Assembly: GCA_028864975.1 (NCBI GenBank)
Contig: JAGWLG010000036.1
Location: 1 to 36,258, forward strand
Source: Thermoplasmata archaeon
GTDB taxonomy: Archaea; Thermoplasmatota; Thermoplasmata; Lutacidiplasmatales; UBA184
Reading direction: 5' to 3'
Length of the DNA stretch: 36,258 nucleotides
Shown: piece after piece, positions 8,105 through 17,385 of the stretch
Numbering within the stretch: position 1 is the first letter of the stretch
How the letters are laid out: every line of letters begins with the position of its first letter
Translations under genes and position numbers: made by a program
Notes under the pieces: generated by a model
What the model saw: the letters and a program-made list of their open reading frames with translations, nothing else
What the model was told of the DNA's origin: nothing
The model's database searches: none

Positions 8105-9628
8105 CTAGGACCCGAGCGCGCGGAGAAGGGCCGGGTCGAAGCGGCCGTCGAACGGACCGTCCTCCTCGAACCCGAGAGCGCGGAGCAGCGTGGGGAGGAC
8201 CGAGAGCATGGCGACCGGAGCTCCGAGCGACCCCGAAGAGATGCGGGGCCCCGCGACGGCGAGGATGCCCTGGGGACGGTGGGTCCCCTGACGCTGGAAG
8301 TAGCTCGGCCGCCGGGCGAGATAGTCGACGCGATGGTTCGTGTCCCCTCGCGTCTCCCATGCTCCTTCCCGCGACTCGAGGAGGAGCAGGGGCGCCGTGG
8401 GGGCGACCGGCTTGCCGTAGAGCACCTCGGGGTCCACCACGCGGACCTGAGCGGGACCGAGAGAGGTGAGCTCGCGAGAGATCTCTTTCTTGAGCCGCTG
8501 GCGCTCCTTCTCCGGGACGGGCCCGTCGAAGGTGTTCGCGTAGATCGCCTCAGGGACCGGGAAGCTGAACGCGCGGGTCCTCTTCCAATCGACGAACTGG
8601 CTGAACCATCCGAAGGTCTGGTCGAGGGCATCCCCGTCGCGCTCCTGGGAGCGGGGGGCCATCCGGTGGCGGAGGTGGTCGGCGAGGCCCAACGGGGCGC
8701 GCAACGGCAATGCCTCATCCGTCCGGGCCATGACGTCGGTGATCCAGGGCCGAAGTCGGGCGGTCGCCGAGGCCCGCCCCCGGGTGACGAGGTACCCTCT
8801 TCGTTCGAGGAACCGGTTCGTGAAGAAGTAGCCCTGGGCGGGTCCGAAGCCGTGGTCCGAGAGCAGCCACGTCGTTCCTGAGAGCCCGCCCGCATCCGCG
8901 TCGAAGGCCGCACGCACACGGTGGAAGGCCGAGTCGAGCGCTCCCCAGTACCGGCGAACGGCGGGGTCCTTCGTGCGGGGGAACGCCGCGAGCGCGTCCC
9001 AGTGGTTGTGCTGGACCCGGTCGGTCTCGCTGAAGAGGACGAACAGGAGGTCCGGGTGGTGCTCCCCCTGGAGCATTTCCACCGCGCGGGCCTTCCGGTC
9101 CATCGAGAGGGCGGCTCGCTCCAGCGCCTTCTCTCGCTCCCCCGGACCGAACTCGGGGAGGTCATGGTCCCACCCTCCGAGCTCCCTTCGGAGCCGGTCG
9201 AGGAGCGAGGGGGGGTAGGTGGTGGTCTGACCGCGGGGGTCGAGCATGCCCGAGATGAAGTAGCCGTGGACGGGAGGCGCGGGAAGGGCCGGGAAGTTCA
9301 CGACGCCGACACGCCACCCCCGGCGCCCCAGCCGGTCCCACAGCGCGTCGTGAGGGCGGTAGGTCGTGACGAGTCGGAACTTCCCCGGGGTCGAGGCCGG
9401 TGCCGTGAACCCCCACATGTCGAGCGTGGCGGGGGAGAGCCCGGTCGTCGCCGAGTACCACGCGGGGATCGTGACCGGTGGCTCGACCGACCGGAGCCGC
9501 CCGCGAGTCGCCCCTGCGAGGAAACGGGAGAGGTGCGGGAGCGCTCCCGCCTTGAGGGCCGGGTCGAGCAGGTCCCAGGTCGCTCCGTCGAACCCGATCA
9601 ACAGGGTCCGATCGGCCGCGGTCGGCAT
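8105..9628 (-). CDS. Alkaline phosphatase superfamily protein (nucleotide pyrophosphatase/phosphodiesterase-like, COG3379-type)
   Basis: LLIGFDGA, PPVTIPAW (Thr nucleophile), ETDRVQH, LSDHGF and GTHRPQGI metal and active-site motifs. Confidence 0.88.
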   Translation of the reverse strand: MPTAADRTLLIGFDGATWDLLDPALKAGALPHLSRFLAGATRGRLRSVEPPVTIPAWYSATTGLSPATLDMWGFTAPASTPGKFRLVTTYRPHDALWDRLGRRGWRVGVVNFPALPAPPVHGYFISGMLDPRGQTTTYPPSLLDRLRRELGGWDHDLPEFGPGEREKALERAALSMDRKARAVEMLQGEHHPDLLFVLFSETDRVQHNHWDALAAFPRTKDPAVRRYWGALDSAFHRVRAAFDADAGGLSGTTWLLSDHGFGPAQGYFFTNRFLERRGYLVTRGRASATARLRPWITDVMARTDEALPLRAPLGLADHLRHRMAPRSQERDGDALDQTFGWFSQFVDWKRTRAFSFPVPEAIYANTFDGPVPEKERQRLKKEISRELTSLGPAQVRVVDPEVLYGKPVAPTAPLLLLESREGAWETRGDTNHRVDYLARRPSYFQRQGTHRPQGILAVAGPRISSGSLGAPVAMLSVLPTLLRALGFEEDGPFDGRFDPALLRALGS

Positions 9629-11532
9629 CAGAGGACCCGGACGGTCTCCAGGTTGTAAGGCGCCCGGGTCTCGAGCCCGAAGCGCTTGTGCAGGCTGGAG
9701 GCGAGGTCGAGGGACTTCTGCTCCTCCCCGTGGCAGACCAGGATCCTCTGGGGGCGCGGCTCCACCGTCGCCACGTAGTTCATGAGCTGCACGCGGTCGG
9801 AGTGCCCGCTGAACCCCTCGCAGTTGGTGATCTCGAACCGGACCGGGATGTTGGCGGTCCTCCCGCCGTCCATCAGGGTCGCCTCGGTCATGCCCCGCTG
9901 GAGGCGGCGTCCGAACGTCCCGTCGGCCTGGTAGCCCGCGAAGACCATCCCGTTCTTCTCCTGCGGTGCCCAGGCCTTGAAGTACTCTAGGACCGGCCCC
10001 CCGTTCATCATCCCGCTCGTGGCGAGGACGATGGACGGCTCGTTGTCGTCGATGACGCTCATCCGCTTCGCCGCGGACTCGACCCGGTGGAAGATATCGG
10101 AGAGGAAGGGGTTGTCCCCTTGCTGGAAGATCTGCGTCCGGAGCTGGCTGTTCAGGTACTCGGGGTAGGCCGTGTGGATCGAGGTCGCCTCGAAGATCAT
10201 GCCGTCGAGCCAGACCGGCATGCGAGGGATCCGTCCCTCCCGCATCTTCTCCTCGAGAACGAGCATGACCTCCTGGCTCCGCCCGACCGCGAAGACGGGG
10301 ATCAGCACGTGGCCCTTTCGGTTCACGACCTTCTCGACGAAGTGTCCTAGCTCCTCCGCCCCCTGCTGCCGAGGGGCCTGGACGTCGCGGAACCCTCCGT
10401 AGGTCGACTCCATGATGAGGGTCTCCAGGCGGGGGAAGCGGTTCGTCGCGGGGTTGAACAACCAGCTCCGCTCGAACTTGATGTCGCCGGTGTAGGCCAT
10501 GTTGTAGTCCCCGTCCCCCAGATGGAAGTGGCAGATCGACGACCCCAGGATGTGCCCCGCATTGTGCAGGGTCAGCCGGATGTCGGGGGCGATGTCCGTC
10601 GTCTCGCCGTACCTCAGCGGGATCGTGTGGGAGACCAGTTCGCGCACGTGGCCGGAGTCGTAGAGCCCCTTGCGGGCCTCCTGGTTCGTGACCTTGATCG
10701 CGTCGAGCAGCATGAGGGTCATCAGGTCCCTCGTCGGAGGCGTGCAGTAGATCGGCCCCTCGAAACCGTACTTGATGAGGGCCGGGATGAGCCCGCAGTG
10801 GTCCAAGTGGGCGTGGGTCACGACCAGGGCGTCCAGGCTATCGAGCGGCATGGCCTCAGGGGCCGAGAAGTACGGGGTGCGTTCGGAGCCAGGGTCGAGA
10901 CCGCAGTCGATCAGGATCCGGGAGTTCTGGGTCGTGAGCAGGTGGGCGCTCCGTCCGACCTCGCGGTAGCCTCCTAGCGAGGTGTTGCGCACCCAGAGCT
11001 TCTCGTTCAGGCGGTCGCGGACGATCCTCGCCCCGACTTTCTTCAGCATCTTGCGCCGCTCGTCGAAGACGCTGCGAAGGTAGGTGCGGACCTCCTCCAC
11101 CGTCTTCGAGGGGATGGGCGGGGTCCGCACCACGGTCGGGACCCAGCCGATCCTTCGCTTGATCTCGTTGAGGACGGCCGCCTGCCTCCCGATCGCGGCC
11201 CCGGGGTTCGCGGCCTCGATCGTGACCTCCCCGGTCTCGGGCTCGAAGAAGATCTGGTTGATCTCCGCGTCAGGAGGGACGAGCTCGCGGATGGTCCCCT
11301 CGGCCTCCTTGGGCTCGACCAAGACCGAAGGGTCGCTGCGGACCAGGACCCTGCGGTGCAGCCGCTGCGCGATCTGGCGAAGGAGCTCCCCGCCCGAGAG
11401 GAAGGCGTCCAGCTGCTTCGTGTAGACCACGACGTGGGGGCCCTCGAGCTCGATGGTCGTGACCTGGATGCACTCGGGTAGCACTTCGTTCAGGCACTCT
11501 CGCGTCTGCTGGAGGAGGCTCTCTACGCTCAT
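9628..11532 (-). CDS. fttA: Beta-CASP ribonuclease aCPSF1 (archaeal transcription termination factor FttA)
   Basis: N-terminal KH domains (IELEGP..VVYT, GAAIG), SLGGYREVGRS, THAHLDH, AGHILGS, MESTYG, AVGRSQE, FSGHSD and CHGE. ATG 11532 gives 634 aa. It lies downstream of psmB as in the conserved archaeal arrangement. Confidence 0.96.
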   Translation of the reverse strand: MSVESLLQQTRECLNEVLPECIQVTTIELEGPHVVVYTKQLDAFLSGGELLRQIAQRLHRRVLVRSDPSVLVEPKEAEGTIRELVPPDAEINQIFFEPETGEVTIEAANPGAAIGRQAAVLNEIKRRIGWVPTVVRTPPIPSKTVEEVRTYLRSVFDERRKMLKKVGARIVRDRLNEKLWVRNTSLGGYREVGRSAHLLTTQNSRILIDCGLDPGSERTPYFSAPEAMPLDSLDALVVTHAHLDHCGLIPALIKYGFEGPIYCTPPTRDLMTLMLLDAIKVTNQEARKGLYDSGHVRELVSHTIPLRYGETTDIAPDIRLTLHNAGHILGSSICHFHLGDGDYNMAYTGDIKFERSWLFNPATNRFPRLETLIMESTYGGFRDVQAPRQQGAEELGHFVEKVVNRKGHVLIPVFAVGRSQEVMLVLEEKMREGRIPRMPVWLDGMIFEATSIHTAYPEYLNSQLRTQIFQQGDNPFLSDIFHRVESAAKRMSVIDDNEPSIVLATSGMMNGGPVLEYFKAWAPQEKNGMVFAGYQADGTFGRRLQRGMTEATLMDGGRTANIPVRFEITNCEGFSGHSDRVQLMNYVATVEPRPQRILVCHGEEQKSLDLASSLHKRFGLETRAPYNLETVRVL

Positions 11533-11590
11533 GGCGTGCTTCTCGTTGTGGAGGGTGAGGCGGTCCCGGGCCCCCGCGTTCCCGCGGAGC

Positions 11591-11616
11591 CTTGGGGAAG
11601 GGGTTCTTGGGCGGGG
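11591..11616 (+). other. Perfect 16-nt mirror repeat overlapping a four-G-run (G-quadruplex-type) motif in the psmB-aCPSF1 spacer
   Basis: CTTGGGGA|AGGGGTTC (11591-11606) is a mirror repeat. The G-runs read GGGG-AA-GGGG-TTCTT-GGG-C-GGGG (11594-11616). Confidence 0.5.
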
Positions 11617-11669
11617 CGTGGCGCGGCCGGCCCCGGCGTTCGCCGAGGAGGACCGGAGGATCGTGAGGC

Positions 11670-12356
11670 TCAACCGAGCTTGAGCTTGGAGAGGCGTTTC
11701 CTGATCTCGTCGTCGGAGTACTCGCGGTACTCCTTTTCCGAGATCGCGGCGAGGAGGTAGCCGTCACCGCTGTTGGAGTCGCGCTTCATAGCGGCGGTGA
11801 GCGCCCGCAGGGCCACGTCGACGCCCTCCGAGAGGGCCATCCCGTCCCTGCAGGCCTCCTCCAGCACCCCGTAGGCGATGGAGGAACCGCTCCCGACGGA
11901 GACGAAGGAATCCGCGATGCTCCCGCCCGCCGGATCGACAGAGTAGAGATGGTTGCCCTTCGCGTCGACCCCGCCCAGGAGCACCCAGGCGAGGTAGGGC
12001 ATCATTCGGTTGCCCGAGAGGATGTTCGCGAGCATCGTTGCGGAGCCCTCGACGGTGATCGGGGCCGCGCGGCGGAGCCGGTAGAGGTTGACCTCGGCCC
12101 GCAGGTAGCGGACGAGCGTCTGGGCATCGCCCACCCATCCCGCGATGGTCATGCCGATGTGGTCGTCGATCTTGAACAGCTTCTGGGCGACCTTGTTCGC
12201 GATGAAACCGCCGCCCAGCGTCGCTCTCCGCTCGGTCGCGAGGACCACGCCGTCACGGCAGACGATCCCCACGGTGGTGGTGCCTTTGAGCGCCCCTTCG
12301 GGAAGGCCCACGGGGCTCCCGGAGGAAGTGAACGCTGTCGCGTCCGATGAGAACAT
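11670..12356 (-). CDS. psmB: Proteasome subunit beta
   Basis: Propeptide ending LKG|TTTVG (catalytic Thr1), plus ATERRAT, IAGWVGDAQ, GSGSSIAYGVLE and RDSNSGDG. Confidence 0.97.
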   Translation of the reverse strand: MFSSDATAFTSSGSPVGLPEGALKGTTTVGIVCRDGVVLATERRATLGGGFIANKVAQKLFKIDDHIGMTIAGWVGDAQTLVRYLRAEVNLYRLRRAAPITVEGSATMLANILSGNRMMPYLAWVLLGGVDAKGNHLYSVDPAGGSIADSFVSVGSGSSIAYGVLEEACRDGMALSEGVDVALRALTAAMKRDSNSGDGYLLAAISEKEYREYSDDEIRKRLSKLKLG

Positions 12357-12383
12357 CAGAACCAGCCATCTTTATCGTGAGCG

Positions 12384-12393
12384 ATATAAAAAG
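12384..12393. promoter_or_regulatory. TATA element between divergent psmB and GT4 genes
   Basis: ATATAAAAAG. It reads TTTTTATAT on the minus strand 28 nt before psmB ATG, and TATAAAAA on the plus strand about 37 nt before GTG 12429. Confidence 0.65.
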
Positions 12394-12428
12394 AGTCGCT
12401 TCGCCCAAGTCGAGTCCCGGAGAAGGTC

Positions 12429-13643
12429 GTGACCGAGTCGCTGCGCTTCGTGATGCTCTCCCCTCGCCACCCTTCCGACGACTCTGTCGGGGTCGCGAAC
12501 GTCATCTCTCACATGGCACGACGGTGGGCCAAAGCCGGCCACCAGGTCCGGGTCTGCTACCCCCGGGGCGCGCCCCCGGGGGACCTTCCCGCGGTCTGGG
12601 AAGGGGTGCAGGCCGTTCCGATGGACCTTCACCCCCGTGCGCATGTCCCGAAGAGCCTGGAGGCCGAGACCGGGAAGGCCATGGCCCGGGAGGCGCGCAG
12701 CGGGTGTGACGTCGCGATCTCGAACAACGAGTGGGGGGCCGACCTGCCTTCGCGGCGGCGCGGCGATGGAGTGCTCGCGCTCCTCATGATGCACGGCCTC
12801 GCGCTCCACTTCATGAGGCTCGAGCGCGCGACCCGGCGCGGGATACGTCCTCGCCTGGGCTACCTGGCCGACCTGCGGGCCGTTCGGCGGCTCGAAGGGG
12901 GCGCCGTGGCCCGGGCGGACCTCGTGGTCGCGGTCTCGAAGAAGGTGTTGCACGAAGTCGAGATGACCTACAGACTCGACCCCTCGCGGGGAATGGCCAT
13001 CTACAACGGTTCCGAGCAGGTTCCTCCGCCGGCCCTCGGAGAGCGCGAGGCGGCCCGGGCCTCGCTCGCGATCGGTCCCGAGGAGCGGCTTGCGGTCCTG
13101 GTCGGCGGCGACCCCTATCGCAAGGGGCTCGACGTAGCGGAGCGTGCGGTCGCCCATTTGAGGGCCAGCGGCCGGAAGGTCACGCTCGTGACGGTGGGGA
13201 GCACCCCGCCATCGTCTTCCCGGGAAAGCGAAGGAGTGCGGAGCCTCGGTCGGGTCTCGGACGCGATGCTCCGACAGGTGTTGGTCGCCGGCGACGCGCT
13301 GCTCGTCCCGAGCCGGTACGAGGGTTTCCCGATGATCGCGCAGGAAGCGGCGGGCCTCGGTCTGCCGGTCGTCGCCAGCGAGGGGAGCGGGCTGGACATC
13401 GGCACTCCGGGGAGGGACTTCTTGCAGCCGGCGTCGACATCTGCCGAGGACTGGGGCCGAGCTCTCCTGGAGCTTCTTGCCGACGAGCCTCGAAGGACCG
13501 CTCTGGCGGCGCGAGGGGCGCGGGTGCTCGCGCAGCGCAGCTACGACGCGATGGCCGCTGATTATCTGAGGGCGATCCGCCGCGCCCTGGACGCGGGGGC
13601 GCCCTCGGAACAGGCTGAGCGACCGGGCGCACCGGTCGGGTGA
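12429..13643 (+). CDS. Glycosyltransferase family 4 (GT-B)
   Basis: GHQVRV, IYNG, YRKGLDVA and LLVPSRYEGFPMIAQEAAGLGLPVV. Confidence 0.9.
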   Translation: MTESLRFVMLSPRHPSDDSVGVANVISHMARRWAKAGHQVRVCYPRGAPPGDLPAVWEGVQAVPMDLHPRAHVPKSLEAETGKAMAREARSGCDVAISNNEWGADLPSRRRGDGVLALLMMHGLALHFMRLERATRRGIRPRLGYLADLRAVRRLEGGAVARADLVVAVSKKVLHEVEMTYRLDPSRGMAIYNGSEQVPPPALGEREAARASLAIGPEERLAVLVGGDPYRKGLDVAERAVAHLRASGRKVTLVTVGSTPPSSSRESEGVRSLGRVSDAMLRQVLVAGDALLVPSRYEGFPMIAQEAAGLGLPVVASEGSGLDIGTPGRDFLQPASTSAEDWGRALLELLADEPRRTALAARGARVLAQRSYDAMAADYLRAIRRALDAGAPSEQAERPGAPVG

Positions 13644-13649
13644 GTAGGC

Positions 13650-13655
13650 CTTAAG
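13650..13655 (+). promoter_or_regulatory. TATA-like element for the sdh operon
   Basis: CTTAAG is the clearest TATA-like hexamer in the 46-nt gap, 35-40 nt before TTG 13690. Confidence 0.45.
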
Positions 13656-13689
13656 CCGACCCCTATCTCACGCGCAGAAGGACGGTCCT

Positions 13690-15366
13690 TTGCAGCGTCA
13701 CGATGTCCTGGTGGTCGGCGCGGGCCTGGCCGGTCAGCGCGCCGCCTTGGAGGCGGTCCGGGCGGGGTTGGACGTCGGGATGCTCTCGAAGCTCCACCCG
13801 TTGCGGTCCCATTCCGCGGCGGCGCAGGGGGGCATCAACGCCTCGCTCGGGCCGCAGGACTCGGTCAAGGACCATGTCTTCGACACGGTGAAGGGGTCGG
13901 ACTACCTGGCCGACCAAGATGCGGTGGAGATCCTGTGCCGTGAGGCCGGGCCCATCGTCATCGAGATGGAACACTTCGGTACCATCTTCAACCGCGCAGC
14001 GGACGGCTCACTGGACCGCAGGGCGTTCGGAGGAGCCTCCTACAACCGTACGATCTTCTCCGCCGACCGCACGGGGCTCGCGCTCCTCCAGGGGCTCTAC
14101 GAAGAGCTCTCCCGGGAGAAGCGGCTCAAGGTCTACGAGGAATGGAGCGCGCTCGACCTTGTGGTCCGAGGCGGCCGCGTCCAGGGCGTGGTCGCCCTTG
14201 ACCGCAAGTCCGGTAACATAGACGGGTTCGCCGCCCGCGCCGTAGTGATCGCGACCGGTCCCTTCGGACGGACCTACCCCAACACCACGAACTCCCATGC
14301 GTCGACCGGGGACGGGACGGCGCTCGCCTACCGCGCCGGGGCCTTCCTCAAGGACATGGAGATGGTCCAGTTCCACCCCACCTGCCTGCCCGGTTCGTGG
14401 ATCCTGATCACCGAGGGGGCTCGGGGCGAGGGCGGGATCCTCCGGAACGGGAAGGGCGAGCGTTTCATGTCCCGCTACGCCCCGAACAAGCTCGAGCTCG
14501 CCTCGCGCGACGTCGTCTCTCGCGCCATCGCCACGGAGGTGCAGGAAGGGAGAGGGTTCCCGGACGGGACCTGCCGTCTCGAGCTCATGCACCTGGGGCG
14601 CGAGAAGGTCGAGACGAAGCTCCAGGAGATCGTCGAGTTCTCTCGCAACTTCGCAGGGATCGACCCCGTCGTGGAAGGCATCCCCGTCTACCCGGGCCAG
14701 CACTACATGATGGGCGGGGTGAGCACGAACCCCCGCGCAGAGACCAACATTTCGGGGCTCTTCGCAGCCGGGGAAGCGGCATGTGTTTCGGTCCACGGCG
14801 CGAACCGTCTCGGGGCCAACTCTCTTCTCGAGACCCTGGTCTACGGGAAGATCGCCGGCACCAACGCTGCCTCCTCCGCCAGCAAGGCCCCAGCGAGCGA
14901 CCTTTCTCAAGCGGATGTGGACCGGGCGGTCCAGAGGGTCCACGCGATCTGGGACCGAAAGCAGGGGGAGCCCCCCGCCGTGATCCGCAACGACATGCAG
15001 AAGGCGATGCGGGAGGACGTGGGGATCTACCGGACCCCCCAGCAGCTGGAAGCGGCCCGCGCGAAGCTCGTGGAGCTCCAGAAGCGCTACCTGAACGTCT
15101 ACGTCCAGGACAAGTCGACGACCTACAATGTCAACCTGACCGACGCTCTCGAGCTGGGCTACCTGCTCGATCTCGCCCAGGCGATCGTCGCCGCCGCCAT
15201 CCTGAGGACAGAGTCCCGGGGCGCCCACGTCCGGCTGGACTTCCCGAAGCGCGACGACGCGAACTGGCTCAAGCACATCCTGGTCCAGAGCTCGCCCAAG
15301 GGGCCGGCCCTCTCTTTCCTCCCGGTCACGGTCACAAGCTACCAGCCGATGGAGCGGCACTACTGA
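13690..15366 (+). CDS. sdhA: Succinate dehydrogenase/fumarate reductase flavoprotein subunit
   Basis: GAGLAG dinucleotide fold, [10 protein letters not shown] (covalent FAD His), [38 protein letters not shown] and RTESRGAH. Confidence 0.96.
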   Translation: MQRHDVLVVGAGLAGQRAALEAVRAGLDVGMLSKLHPLRSHSAAAQGGINASLGPQDSVKDHVFDTVKGSDYLADQDAVEILCREAGPIVIEMEHFGTIFNRAADGSLDRRAFGGASYNRTIFSADRTGLALLQGLYEELSREKRLKVYEEWSALDLVVRGGRVQGVVALDRKSGNIDGFAARAVVIATGPFGRTYPNTTNSHASTGDGTALAYRAGAFLKDMEMVQFHPTCLPGSWILITEGARGEGGILRNGKGERFMSRYAPNKLELASRDVVSRAIATEVQEGRGFPDGTCRLELMHLGREKVETKLQEIVEFSRNFAGIDPVVEGIPVYPGQHYMMGGVSTNPRAETNISGLFAAGEAACVSVHGANRLGANSLLETLVYGKIAGTNAASSASKAPASDLSQADVDRAVQRVHAIWDRKQGEPPAVIRNDMQKAMREDVGIYRTPQQLEAARAKLVELQKRYLNVYVQDKSTTYNVNLTDALELGYLLDLAQAIVAAAILRTESRGAHVRLDFPKRDDANWLKHILVQSSPKGPALSFLPVTVTSYQPMERHY

Positions 15367-15367
15367 C

Positions 15368-16477
15368 ATGGCGATGGTGAAGGTCCCGATCGACGTCCAC
15401 CGTGGCTCGCCCGGGGCGAGCGGGCATTTCGACCACTTCGTGCTCGACCTTGACGAGCACACGCCCGTCCTCACGGCGCTGCTCAAGATCCGCGACGAGA
15501 TCGACCCCACCCTCACGCTCCGCTACTCGTGCCGCCAGGCCATCTGCGGGTCGTGCGCGATGCGCGTGAACGGCAAGAGCCGTCTCGCCTGCGTGACCCA
15601 GGTCGGCCCCGAGCTCGCGAAGCGGGGGAAGATCGTCCTCGAGCCTATGGGGAACCAGCCGCTGCTGAGGGACCTGGTGGTCGACCAGCAGCCGTTCTGG
15701 GAGCGCTACCACCGCATCGAGCCCTACCTCCTGCCCGACCCTGCCCATCCGATGCCCGTGGGGAAGGAGAACCCGATGTCCCCGGAGCAGGTCTCCCAGT
15801 TCCAGGAGACGCCCCGGTGCATCGCGTGCGCTTCCTGCTTCTCCGCTTGCCCCGCCCTCGATTCGGACCCGAACTTCCTGGGGCCGATGGCCCTCGCGAA
15901 GCTCTACCGGTTCGTGGTCGACCCCCGCGATGGGGGCTTCCACCGTCGGCTCGAGATGGTCCAGAACCAGTCGCTATGGCTCTGCCTGCGATGCAACCTC
16001 TGCGTCGAGGCCTGCCCCAAGGACGTGCGCCCCGCCGAGCGCATCGTCGACCTCAAGTGGATGGCCAACCAGGAATTGGGGAAGCTGGAGCCTGGGAGCA
16101 AGCACTCGATCGGGTTCGCGGAGAACATCCAAGAGGGAGGCCTCCTCAACGAGAGGAAGCTCGCGATGGATTCGCTGGGTCTTGTGGGAGCGCTGGGTCA
16201 GTTGCCGAAGGCGATCGCGATGATGCGGCACGGACGGTCGATCAAGAAGCACCCCCCGATCCAGGGAAAGGAGGATCTCGACGTGATCTACCGCGAGCTC
16301 GCCGGGCGAGAGGACCTCCAGCACCGAGCCTTCACCCGCGAGGGGGGCGTGCGAGGGAAGTCACCTCCATCGACCTCGGCCGTCCCCACAGCCACCGCGG
16401 CCACCTCCTCGGCTCCTGAATCGCCCCCCGCGAACCGCCCCGTCTCGAAGGGCCCGACCGAAGGAGGGAAGGCATGA
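15368..16477 (+). CDS. sdhB: Succinate dehydrogenase/fumarate reductase iron-sulfur subunit
   Basis: SCRQAICGSC...LAC [2Fe-2S] motif, plus CIACASCFSACP and CLRCNLCVEACP (two complete CxxCxxCxxxCP motifs). Confidence 0.95.
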   Translation: MAMVKVPIDVHRGSPGASGHFDHFVLDLDEHTPVLTALLKIRDEIDPTLTLRYSCRQAICGSCAMRVNGKSRLACVTQVGPELAKRGKIVLEPMGNQPLLRDLVVDQQPFWERYHRIEPYLLPDPAHPMPVGKENPMSPEQVSQFQETPRCIACASCFSACPALDSDPNFLGPMALAKLYRFVVDPRDGGFHRRLEMVQNQSLWLCLRCNLCVEACPKDVRPAERIVDLKWMANQELGKLEPGSKHSIGFAENIQEGGLLNERKLAMDSLGLVGALGQLPKAIAMMRHGRSIKKHPPIQGKEDLDVIYRELAGREDLQHRAFTREGGVRGKSPPSTSAVPTATAATSSAPESPPANRPVSKGPTEGGKA

Positions 16478-17370
16478 AGGTCGCCTACTACCCCGGCTGC
16501 GTCGCCCAGGAATCGGGAAAGGAGCTCGACATGGCCGTGCGGGCGGTCGCCCCACGGCTCGGGATCGAGCTCGCGGAGTTCCCGAACTTCTCCTGTTGCG
16601 GGAGCGGGTTCATCGACGAGTCCAACTACGCCCTCAACACGGCGATCAACGCGCGGAACCTCGCCATCGCGGAGAAGGCGGGGCTGGGCGTCGTGATGAC
16701 CGTCTGTTCCACCTGCCAAGGGATGCTCAAGCTCGCCAAGTGGAACCTCGCGCACAACTCCGTGCTCCGCGCGCGCTCCGACAAGGTCCTCTCCCAGATC
16801 GGGATGCACTACCAGGGGAGCGCCGAACCCAAGCACATGCTCCAGATCCTCGTCGAGGACCTGGGGGGCGCGAAGAAGCTCTCGACGTTGGTGAAGCGCC
16901 CATTGAAGGGGCTCAAGGTGGGGGCGTTCTACGGCTGCCACATCCTTCGCCCCCATGACAAGATGGGGTTCGAGGACCCCGAGGACCCGCACAGCTTCGA
17001 GGACGTGATCCGGGCGCTGGGGGCGGAGCCGGTCGACTACCGGGGTCGGGTCATGTGCTGCGGGTTCCCTATCCAGTTCGTCAAGCCCAAGACCGGGCAG
17101 CTCCTCGCGGGAAAGCAGGTCCTGGACGCCAAGCGCCACGGCGCCCATGCCATGGCGACCCCTTGTCCTCTCTGCCACATCTCCCTCGACACGTATCAGA
17201 AGGAAGCCGGGAAGCAGGTGGGCGAGGAGCTCAACATGCCCGTCTTCCACTTCCCGCAGTTGATCGGGCTCGCCCTCGGGATCGCCCCCGATGCGCTCGG
17301 GCTCTCTCGACACCTCGTGGACACGCGGAGTGCGCTCGAGAAGCTCGGAGCGGTGGGCGTCCCCGCGTGA
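16474..17370 (+). CDS. CCG-domain (HdrB/SdhE-like) subunit of succinate dehydrogenase
   Basis: Two CCG domains: YYPGC..SCCGSG..CSTC and FYGCH..MCCGFP..CPLCH. ATGA overlap with the sdhB stop. No TM helices. Confidence 0.9.
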   Translation: MKVAYYPGCVAQESGKELDMAVRAVAPRLGIELAEFPNFSCCGSGFIDESNYALNTAINARNLAIAEKAGLGVVMTVCSTCQGMLKLAKWNLAHNSVLRARSDKVLSQIGMHYQGSAEPKHMLQILVEDLGGAKKLSTLVKRPLKGLKVGAFYGCHILRPHDKMGFEDPEDPHSFEDVIRALGAEPVDYRGRVMCCGFPIQFVKPKTGQLLAGKQVLDAKRHGAHAMATPCPLCHISLDTYQKEAGKQVGEELNMPVFHFPQLIGLALGIAPDALGLSRHLVDTRSALEKLGAVGVPA

Positions 17371-17385
17371 AGGACGGAAGGCCTC

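Noticed and set aside
8034-8360. N-terminal extensions given by the ORF track (also 11533-11673, 22254-22478, 28240-28335, 28347-28475, 30864-31220)
   Set aside because: They overlap neighbouring genes or promoter elements and lack homologous-looking sequence. Downstream starts fit family lengths and TATA spacing better.
16474-17370. Heterodisulfide reductase or methanogenesis
   Set aside because: The CCG protein is coupled to sdhAB, and no hdrA/C, mcr or mvh genes are in the window.
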